DNA of 25,343 nucleotides from a virus (lineage: Duplodnaviria; Caudoviricetes): the IMG/VR virus record IMGVR_UViG_3300014613_000100, positions 1 through 25,343 of that record, one strand, 5' to 3'. Numbering within the stretch: the first letter of the stretch is position 1; each line of letters begins with the position of its first letter. This document shows positions 17,745 through 23,532 of the stretch, piece by piece. A program made the position numbers and the translations under genes. Under the pieces are notes generated by a model. It was given only the letters and a program-made list of their open reading frames with translations, had not been told where the DNA came from and did no database searches.

Positions 17745-17794
17745 TAGTAGAAATAATGGGAGTCGAACCCACACTATATAGATATTACATCACT
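17745..17794 (-). pseudogene. tRNA remnant / minihelix (acceptor plus T-arm only)
   Basis: GTGGG-TTCGACT-CCCAT then TATTTCT-A-CTA; imperfect 5' partner AGTGATG only 15 nt upstream. Confidence 0.45.
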
Positions 17795-17842
17795 GAAATC
17801 GTGTGGCGCTTATAAACCCACGGAGGATTATGGCCACTAATT

Positions 17843-17920
17843 TGGTAGGCGATCCCGGAATCGAACCGGGAAACATTGGATTTTAAGTCCAACAGGTATA
17901 CCAATTCCCATCAATCACCC
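17843..17920 (-). tRNA. tRNA-Leu(TAA) with short variable loop
   Basis: GGGTGAT/ATCGCCT, TTGGA-CTTAAAA-TCCAA, 5-nt variable loop, CCA. Confidence 0.88.
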
Positions 17921-18023
17921 ATGAAAAATGTATTTATTACATTTAATTTTCTTAATTCATTATCTATCCTTTTTCCTATTTGAAATAACCACTTAACTTA
18001 TATCAATTTCATAACATAATTGT

Positions 18024-18097
18024 TGGTAGTCGGAGAAGGAATTGAACCTTCATTAAACGCTCATCAGGCGCTTTTCTTGCCGTTAGAAGACCCGACT
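18024..18097 (-). tRNA. tRNA-Ile(GAT)
   Basis: AGTCGGG/TCCGACT, AGCGC-CTGATGA-GCGTT, CCA. Confidence 0.88.
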
Positions 18098-18134
18098 ATA
18101 AAATTTAGCCCTTTATTCAACTTAGAAGAAAAAT

Positions 18135-18289
18135 TGGTAATGAGAAGAGGAATCGAACCTCTTATTAGTATTTAGCCACCGATTGGGGTCAGTTACACCA
18201 CCTCATAAGTTACTAACTTATTATTTGGCACCATACATCATATAGTAACCCGGTTCTTACTCGGAAAACTATAGCAACCAGCACCCATC
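18135..18289 (-). ncRNA. 155-nt tRNA-like RNA (acceptor, T-arm, CCA; no D or anticodon arm)
   Basis: 5' GATGGG pairs with CTCATT-A-CCA; AGAGG-TTCGATT-CCTCT; internal hairpins. Confidence 0.6.
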
Positions 18290-18335
18290 AAAATTTGGTA
18301 CGACCTCTCCGAATAGAATTCTTCCATCAAAAACT

Positions 18336-18411
18336 TGGTGCGACCTCTCCGAGTTGAACGGAGTTCTTCGGGGTTTCAAGCCGATGTAATTACCCAATCT
18401 ACGAAAGTCGC
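18336..18411 (-). tRNA. tRNA-Phe(GAA)
   Basis: GCGACTT/AGGTCGC, TTGAAAC loop, CTCCG-TTCAACT-CGGAG, CCA. Confidence 0.85.
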
Positions 18412-18497
18412 ATATGTTTCAAAAAATCATCTTTTAATAAACAGGTTTTTTTACCTCTTTTCTTACCCCATTTAGATAGATTATTTTTATTTAAGAG

Positions 18498-18578
18498 CGG
18501 AAGAGACAGGAATCGAACCCGCTACGCTATTATACGCCAGAGCTTTCAAAACTCTTTATCCCCATGGACGACTCTTCC
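18498..18578 (-). tRNA. tRNA-Ser(TGA), very short D loop
   Basis: GGAAGAG/CTCTTCC, G73, AGAGT-TTTGAAA-GCTCT, long variable region; no CCA. Confidence 0.8.
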
Positions 18579-18614
18579 ATATTAACATAAACTATCATAA
18601 TTGTAAACTAAAAT

Positions 18615-18690
18615 TGGCACTCCTGACAGGATTCGGACCTGCATTATCCCTGGTTCGTAACCAGGCGCTGTTCCGTTCAGCTACAGGAGT
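18615..18690 (-). tRNA. tRNA-Arg(ACG)
   Basis: ACTCCTG/CAGGAGT, CCTGG-TTACGAA-CCAGG, CCA. Confidence 0.9.
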
Positions 18691-18696
18691 ATTTAT

Positions 18697-18772
18697 TGGT
18701 GGACCAGATTCGGATTCGAACCGAAACTTACTGGATGCAAGCCAGTCGTGCTCCCATTAACACTATCAGCCC
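18697..18772 (-). tRNA. tRNA-Ala(TGC), G3.U70, bulged acceptor
   Basis: GGGCTGA/TCTGGTCC, ACTGG-CTTGCAT-CCAGT, CCA. Confidence 0.85.
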
Positions 18773-18811
18773 ATAAATATTTATAAATCAAACTTCATTA
18801 TTTCTAAAAAG

Positions 18812-18894
18812 AGCCCTCAACAGGAATCGAACCTGCATGCGTCCGTTACGTTATTATTAATGCGCGGCTTAGAAGGCCGTAACGCTATGAGGGC
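18812..18894 (-). tRNA. tRNA-Arg(TCT)-like, no canonical D-arm
   Basis: GCCCTCA/TGAGGGC, CGGC-CTTCTAA-GCCG, GCAGG-TTCGATT-CCTGT; about 7 nt between acceptor and anticodon arm. Confidence 0.75.
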
Positions 18895-19049
18895 AAAATT
18901 ATACTCCGGGAATTCCATATATATCTATAGGTATCTTTCATATATACAGGAGTGATGCAAACCCGAAGAAAACGCTTATTATCACCCAGTTTGGATGTCT
19001 AATGAGATAATCCCTTATAGGATATCCGAAAAGACATATTTTTAAATTT

Positions 19050-19125
19050 TGGTGGGAGCGGAGAGAATCGAACTCATCTGTGCCCAGGTTAAAAGCCTGG
19101 TGCCATACCAGTTGGCTACACTCCC
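19050..19125 (-). tRNA. tRNA-Lys(TTT)
   Basis: GGGAGTG/CGCTCCC, CCAGG-CTTTTAA-CCTGG, CCA. Confidence 0.9.
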
Positions 19126-19159
19126 ATTACTTTGCCACTAAGTTATACACTTATAATAT

Positions 19160-19233
19160 TGGTGGGTTTATGAAGAATCGAACTCCAGTTTACCGGGTAA
19201 GAACCGGCCACTTTACCACTAAGTTATAAACCC
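19160..19233 (-). tRNA. tRNA-Lys(CTT)
   Basis: GGGTTTA/TAAACCC, GCCGG-TTCTTAC-CCGGT, CCA. Confidence 0.9.
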
Positions 19234-19241
19234 ATGAAAGT

Positions 19242-19318
19242 TGGTGGGCCGGAAGGGAATCGAACCCTTAACTTCCACCTTGCAAGGGTGGCACTCTCCC
19301 TAATTGAGTTACCGGGCC
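19242..19318 (-). tRNA. tRNA with TGC (Ala) anticodon lacking G3.U70
   Basis: GGCCCGG/CCGGCCC (C3xC70), CCACC-CTTGCAA-GGTGG, CCA. Confidence 0.85.
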
Positions 19319-19325
19319 AAAAGTT

Positions 19326-19399
19326 TGGTAATCCCAAGGGGAATTGGACCCCTGTCTTCAGGTTGAAAGCCTGATATTCTACCACTAAACTATGGGACT
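19326..19399 (-). tRNA. tRNA-Glu(TTC)
   Basis: AGTCCCA/TGGGATT, TCAGG-CTTTCAA-CCTGA, CCA. Confidence 0.88.
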
Positions 19400-19407
19400 A
19401 AAATTTT

Positions 19408-19482
19408 TGGTCGCGGAGCTCGGATTCGAACCGAGATCAGAGCGATCCAAACGCCCCATGCTACCGTTAGCACCACTCCACG
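19408..19482 (-). tRNA. tRNA-Pro(TGG)
   Basis: CGTGGAG/CTCCGCG, GGGCG-TTTGGAT-CGCTC, CCA. Confidence 0.88.
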
Positions 19483-19602
19483 AAAGTTATTATAAATGAC
19501 GCCCTACACCATACCAAAAGGATAGATTCAGCAAGTTTTGTCTGGTATCATTTGTCTTGCTATCCAATGGGCACATGTCCCATTTACATCATTTATATAT
19601 TT

Positions 19603-19677
19603 TGGCGGTCCCAACGGGATTTGGACCCGCTCTAAAAGATCGACAATCTTTCGTGCTACCGTTAACACTATGGAACC
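19603..19677 (-). tRNA. tRNA-Asp(GTC)
   Basis: GGTTCCA/TGGGACC, G73, AAAGA-TTGTCGA-TCTTT, CCA. Confidence 0.9.
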
Positions 19678-19696
19678 CAAATTACATAATATCACA

Positions 19697-20053
19697 TTAT
19701 TTACAGTCTTCAAACCAATCACAATCCCAACAAGGATCGTCATCCGGATCCTCGTCATATATTTCATTTTGAACAGGATCCATTACCCATAACCAAGAAA
19801 CATCTTTACTAAAAAATCCTTGCCAATAATGTGTCATCATTTGCATTATCTTTTCAGAATCATCTTCGGTTATAAGAATATCCGATGTTTCTTCATATCC
19901 CACACGACATATTCCTGTATTACCTGAAGAAACATCTATATCTGCTATTTCAAAAGCAGGAACCATTTGATTTTCTCCTCTATAAAACAATTTTCCAATC
20001 AATTTTTGATTTATAACATCTGGTTTTCCCCATTTTATATCATATCTATACAT
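19697..20053 (-). CDS. Hypothetical protein, acidic C-terminus with CxxC
   Basis: 118 aa, RBS AAGGA, promoter upstream. Confidence 0.7.
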   Translation of the reverse strand: MYRYDIKWGKPDVINQKLIGKLFYRGENQMVPAFEIADIDVSSGNTGICRVGYEETSDILITEDDSEKIMQMMTHYWQGFFSKDVSWLWVMDPVQNEIYDEDPDDDPCWDCDWFEDCK

Positions 20054-20081
20054 ATTTTATTTCCTTTCATTTGATAAGTTT

Positions 20082-20110
20082 ATTATAACATAAATTCAAA
20101 ATAATGTAAA
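20082..20110 (-). promoter_or_regulatory. Promoter TTTACA-N17-TATAAT
   Basis: Exact motif; about 38 bp near-identical to the 23151-23179 promoter. Confidence 0.75.
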
Positions 20111-20121
20111 TTTATTAATTT

Positions 20122-20207
20122 TGGTGCGTGGACAGGGAATCGAACCCCCAAGGCATCCACCTTACTTTAGCCAAGTGATTTACAGTCACCTGTAAGGAAA
20201 TCCACAC
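20122..20207 (-). tRNA. tRNA-Tyr(GTA)-like, no canonical D-arm
   Basis: GTGTGGA/TCCACGC, GGTGA-CTGTAAA-TCACT, TTCGATT, A73-CCA; D-arm replaced by TTTCCTTACA. Confidence 0.8.
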
Positions 20208-20212
20208 ATTAT

Positions 20213-20398
20213 TTATACTTGTATTAACATATCACCATTAGTAATTTTTACTTTATAACCTATTTTTGGTATAAATCCATAACACTTACTTATATATAAT
20301 CCAATAATTGCATTATCTTCGGTTTTAGTATAAACAATAACATCAGAATCATTGGCACCATATTCATTTGTAATTTCTATAATCTTTCCATACCTCAT
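20213..20398 (-). CDS. Hypothetical protein
   Basis: 61 aa, RBS AAGGA. Confidence 0.55.
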   Translation of the reverse strand: MRYGKIIEITNEYGANDSDVIVYTKTEDNAIIGLYISKCYGFIPKIGYKVKITNGDMLIQV

Positions 20399-20414
20399 AA
20401 TTTATTATTTCCTT

Positions 20415-20488
20415 TGGCGAGTCCTGAAGGATTTGAACCCTCATTAATCGGTCTGGAGCCGATCGTGGTACCATTACACTAAAGACCC
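20415..20488 (-). tRNA. tRNA-Trp(CCA)
   Basis: GGGTCTT/AGGACTC, ATCGG-CTCCAGA-CCGAT, G73-CCA. Confidence 0.9.
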
Positions 20489-20495
20489 ATAATTT

Positions 20496-20583
20496 TGGGG
20501 TAATGAACGGGATTTGAACCCGCACGTCCTTTACGGACACAAGGGCCACAGCCTTGCGCGGCTACCATTTCGCCATCATTACC
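20496..20583 (-). tRNA. tRNA-His(GTG) with G-1 and long variable arm
   Basis: G-1:C73, GTAATGA/TCATTAC, CAAGG-CTGTGGC-CCTTG, V-arm GTCC..GGAC. Confidence 0.88.
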
Positions 20584-20585
20584 GT

Positions 20586-20652
20586 AAACAAAAAGAGGTT
20601 TCTACTTTTATGGTAGAAACCCCTTAACACCTCTATTATTTTGGTTTCTACC
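20586..20652 (-). promoter_or_regulatory. Terminator/antiterminator (attenuator)
   Basis: GGTAGAAACC (20652-20643) and GTAGAAACCTC (20605-20595) compete for GGGGTTTCTACC (20623-20612); terminator followed by TTTTTGTTT. Confidence 0.75.
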
Positions 20653-20784
20653 TTATGTATTATCTCCTATTAATGACCATCCATTAATTTGTTCATTATA
20701 AGAGGCCAGGAATATATGAACAAAAATAAGACCATCTATAGATTGTTTATTATCAAATTTTTGTTTTAAATTATAAATTTTCAT
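20653..20784 (-). CDS. Putative 43-aa leader peptide MKIYNLKQKFDNKQSIDGLIFVHIFLASYNEQINGWSLIGDNT
   Basis: RBS GAAAGGA; stop codon abuts the antiterminator strand. Confidence 0.65.
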   Translation of the reverse strand: MKIYNLKQKFDNKQSIDGLIFVHIFLASYNEQINGWSLIGDNT

Positions 20785-20812
20785 ATTTTTCCTTTCGTTT
20801 AATTTCTATATT

Positions 20813-20843
20813 TATTTATATCACAAATAGGTTTTTTTGTAAA
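20813..20843 (-). promoter_or_regulatory. Promoter TTTACA-N17-TATAAA, also containing T4-late-like TATAAATA
   Basis: Motif upstream of the leader ORF. Confidence 0.65.
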
Positions 20844-21024
20844 CTTTTTATATTATTTATATATGGCGGGATTCCACACTCCGCTCCTGTCCTTACCATG
20901 TGTTGCAAATCACATTAAAATACCGCGTCATGACAATTATATTCATATACTTATGACCTTTGTGGTAGGTGTAATGATATAAACGGTATTCTTACCAGGC
21001 CCACAGTCACCTCATATATAAAAT

Positions 21025-21300
21025 TTATGTCTGAAGAAACCTAAAATACGGATAAAATTTTCTCTCCTGGAAAATAAGGCCCATATCTCTGGTAATACGA
21101 TTAAGTTCAGTTGCAAACCCATCATACTTGGAAGCATTTTCCAATAAAGTTACTTTCATCGGCTCCAATTTAATTTGACCCGGGCAACTAATAAATCTCT
21201 TAAACATTCCTCTCTTACCTCTAAGAACATCGCCGCCACACTTGGCACGTCCACAATCATTACAATCATGAGTTTTAACTTCCGTTCTTACTTTTGACAT
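21025..21300 (-). CDS. Hypothetical protein with Cys cluster
   Basis: 91 aa, CNDC...C; RBS AGGAG. Confidence 0.65.
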   Translation of the reverse strand: MSKVRTEVKTHDCNDCGRAKCGGDVLRGKRGMFKRFISCPGQIKLEPMKVTLLENASKYDGFATELNRITRDMGLIFQERKFYPYFRFLQT

Positions 21301-21398
21301 TATTATTCTCCTTTCTTATTTGTATAATATATTGTCTCTTTTTAAGTAATAAAAATCACAATTTCTCATTTTATTGGAACTAACTCCTTTCTTTGATT

Positions 21399-21535
21399 TA
21401 ACCGGAACAGGATTCAAACTTATACTATGTAACGTTATTAATTACCGCGCCTTATGCGTCTACCAATGGTAAAATGGCAAGCCTTACCAGCCGTCCACTT
21501 ATTGTGCGCTTACTTGCCAATTTCGCCACCCAGCC
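21399..21535 (-). pseudogene. Degenerate tRNA-like element with structured insertion
   Basis: GGCTGGG-TG-GCGAAATTGGCA...TTGGTAGACGC, weak T-arm with TTTGAAT, no clear anticodon arm. Confidence 0.45.
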
Positions 21536-21585
21536 TCACTATATTATATTTTCATACCATTCTTTTTCCACATACAAAACAATAT

Positions 21586-22014
21586 TTAATCATCATAACT
21601 CTCCGTTGCAGTAAGATCATCATCGCAATTATCCGAATCTAATCCATTAATTTCATTTAATTTCAATTCCAAAGTTTTTAAATTATTTCTATGAAAATGG
21701 CCTTCACCATCTGTCATTCCAAATATCAATTTTTTTAATATCTTTCTTGTAATATTGGATAATCCAAATTCTTTAGCTTTACGTGGAATTTTATCAAAAT
21801 CCATAGTAGTTGTAAAGTTACAATCTTCCCAAATTTTGGCATATCTCGCCTTTTTTGCCTTTGCTCCACTTATACAAAGAGTTTTTGTTATTCTATTACT
21901 AAAAACCAAATATTTGAATCCTTTAGGAGATTCTGTGGATGAAGAAAAAATTAACTTGGCTCCTTTATCCAATTCTATATAAGGTGTATTAGTTTTTGAA
22001 TACTTAAGAATCAT
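21586..22014 (-). CDS. Hypothetical protein
   Basis: 142 aa, abuts upstream stop. Confidence 0.65.
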   Translation of the reverse strand: MILKYSKTNTPYIELDKGAKLIFSSSTESPKGFKYLVFSNRITKTLCISGAKAKKARYAKIWEDCNFTTTMDFDKIPRKAKEFGLSNITRKILKKLIFGMTDGEGHFHRNNLKTLELKLNEINGLDSDNCDDDLTATESYDD

Positions 22015-22251
22015 TTATTTTTCCTTTTTTAAGATCAATGTATCTGTTCTAGATGTTGTAGTTGTCCATCCACAACTTTCTATATATTTTCTTATATCCT
22101 CACGACTTTCAGGACTTAATTTTAAAAACCAATTGGTACGTTTTCTGAATTTTTTAAGGTTAGTCGCAACCTTACTAAGGAACATTTCTTTAAGTTGTTC
22201 CTGATATTCCTGGATTTTTATATCATATTCATCTGGTGTTAATAAATTCAT
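22015..22251 (-). CDS. Hypothetical protein
   Basis: 78 aa, RBS AAGGA. Confidence 0.65.
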   Translation of the reverse strand: MNLLTPDEYDIKIQEYQEQLKEMFLSKVATNLKKFRKRTNWFLKLSPESREDIRKYIESCGWTTTTSRTDTLILKKEK

Positions 22252-22266
22252 TTTAAAATCCTTTAT

Positions 22267-22298
22267 AATACCCAGGTAACATACATTACCTGGGTATT
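22267..22298. terminator. Hairpin / possible terminator
   Basis: 13-bp stem AATACCCAGGTAA/TTACCTGGGTATT after the DUF932-like gene. Confidence 0.55.
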
Positions 22299-22304
22299 TT
22301 ATTT

Positions 22305-23117
22305 TTATGCCGTCCGCCTATCTTCCCAGTAATATAGATCGGTAGCCAGTCTGTTTATGTTATTAAAACGGTTGCTAAATACATTAGACCCTTTTTGTGC
22401 CTTAGTTTCATGTGTGGCTAAATAAGTAAGGACATTAAATGCGCCCCACTTATTTTCATCTAATTTCTCAAGGTTAAGAATTGGATGAAATTTATCTTTT
22501 ACATCATTACCAACCTTCTCAGTAATATATTTTTTATCGTCAACAAACCTATCAAACATTTCCTTATTAAAAGGAATTTTCACCCATTCTCTCCAACCTT
22601 CAACCTGATCTTTGAAAAGGTCAAACTTCATTTCGAAGGATTCTCGAAGTTTTTCTGGGTTCCCAACATAATGGCCAAGTGACTCGGAGAAAATTTTCTG
22701 TTTTCCTGATACCATACCATTTTTACAGAACCATCTATACCCCATCAAATTATAACCAAATGAAGTGCGTCCGGTCAATCCATTAAAAATTTCAAGTAAC
22801 ACACCAACAATATCACCTTTACCATTAATATCAAAATTTAAAGAATCATCACCAAAAACAATATGGCGTTTCCATCTCTTTGTGTTGGCATCAAGATGGT
22901 CGATAGTCTCCTTGACCTCAAGGTCTTGGATTGCTTCCTGAAAAAGGCTATTTATTTCAGAATTTTCAACAATTTCATAATCCTTCCCCACAAGGCCCAG
23001 AACATCATTGGTTTCATCATTGATAAGGGCAAATTTACCTGTATCAATTTGAGAACCGGCGGTAATAACACATTCTTTTCTTACCGGGAAAAACGGATTT
23101 CTTTCTTCCTTATACAT
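22305..23117 (-). CDS. DUF932/DUF945-like phage/plasmid protein
   Basis: LGLVGKDYEIVEN, N...G.TSF, RWFCKNGM, WGAFNVLT...TH; start moved to MYKEER (RBS GGGGAG) since a promoter lies in the longer ORF. Confidence 0.75.
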   Translation of the reverse strand: MYKEERNPFFPVRKECVITAGSQIDTGKFALINDETNDVLGLVGKDYEIVENSEINSLFQEAIQDLEVKETIDHLDANTKRWKRHIVFGDDSLNFDINGKGDIVGVLLEIFNGLTGRTSFGYNLMGYRWFCKNGMVSGKQKIFSESLGHYVGNPEKLRESFEMKFDLFKDQVEGWREWVKIPFNKEMFDRFVDDKKYITEKVGNDVKDKFHPILNLEKLDENKWGAFNVLTYLATHETKAQKGSNVFSNRFNNINRLATDLYYWEDRRTA

Positions 23118-23150
23118 ATATTTTATCTCCCCATTCAATTTAATAAGTTC

Positions 23151-23179
23151 ATTGTAACATAAATTCAGAATAATGTAAA
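23151..23179 (-). promoter_or_regulatory. Promoter TTTACA-N17-TACAAT
   Basis: Near-copy of the 20082-20110 promoter. Confidence 0.7.
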
Positions 23180-23189
23180 TCAAAAAATT

Positions 23190-23336
23190 TGTTATGTAAT
23201 CTCTATAGGGAGCAAGATTTCCGTGTGAAGGATAAAAACAATACACATCTTACGTCTCCTGATATCCAGGCGACTTCGTGGTACTTATTTATGAATTTTA
23301 ACCACTACGGTCCATCCCTATAGACATCACATAACA
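23190..23336 (-). ncRNA. Candidate multibranch structured RNA
   Basis: 22-nt terminal inverted repeat with 2 differences enclosing three hairpins; strand inferred from context. Confidence 0.45.
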
Positions 23337-23337
23337 T

Positions 23338-23420
23338 TTAATTTGATATCAGGGCCGGAATCGAACCGACAGTCTCTCCTAAGAAAAATATTTCCACTAC
23401 ACTACCTGATATCAAATTAA
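23338..23420 (-). ncRNA. tRNA mimic without anticodon loop, 16-bp closing stem
   Basis: TTAATTTGATATCAGG/CCTGATATCAAATTAA, D-arm with AGTGG, T-arm GTCGG-TTCGATT-CCGGC. Confidence 0.6.
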
Positions 23421-23446
23421 GCCCCACAATTACCTATCAACGGATA

Positions 23447-23532
23447 TGATGATCATTAATAAGACAATATTACCTATTTGATATATTCAAAGGTATGGTG
23501 TGATGATTACTAATAAGACAATATTACCTATT
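23447..23532. repeat. 32-bp direct repeat, two copies, period 54
   Basis: TGATGATYAYTAATAAGACAATATTACCTATT at 23447 and 23501. Confidence 0.85.

Noticed and set aside
12822-19587. Theta/HDV-like, hammerhead, twister or SRP assignments for tRNA-adjacent structures
   Set aside because: Could not find the required helix order or conserved cores by eye; left unclassified
19528-20549. - strand ORFs 19528-19767 and 20364-20549
   Set aside because: They overlap tRNA-Asp, -Trp and -His
295-23162. All + strand ORFs in the track (e.g. 295-537, 1825-2028, 15642-15872, 22863-23162)
   Set aside because: Antisense shadows of well-supported - strand genes or RNAs; no recognisable motifs
23427-23532. CRISPR array
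   Set aside because: Only two full repeats, 22-nt spacer, no cas genes in the window
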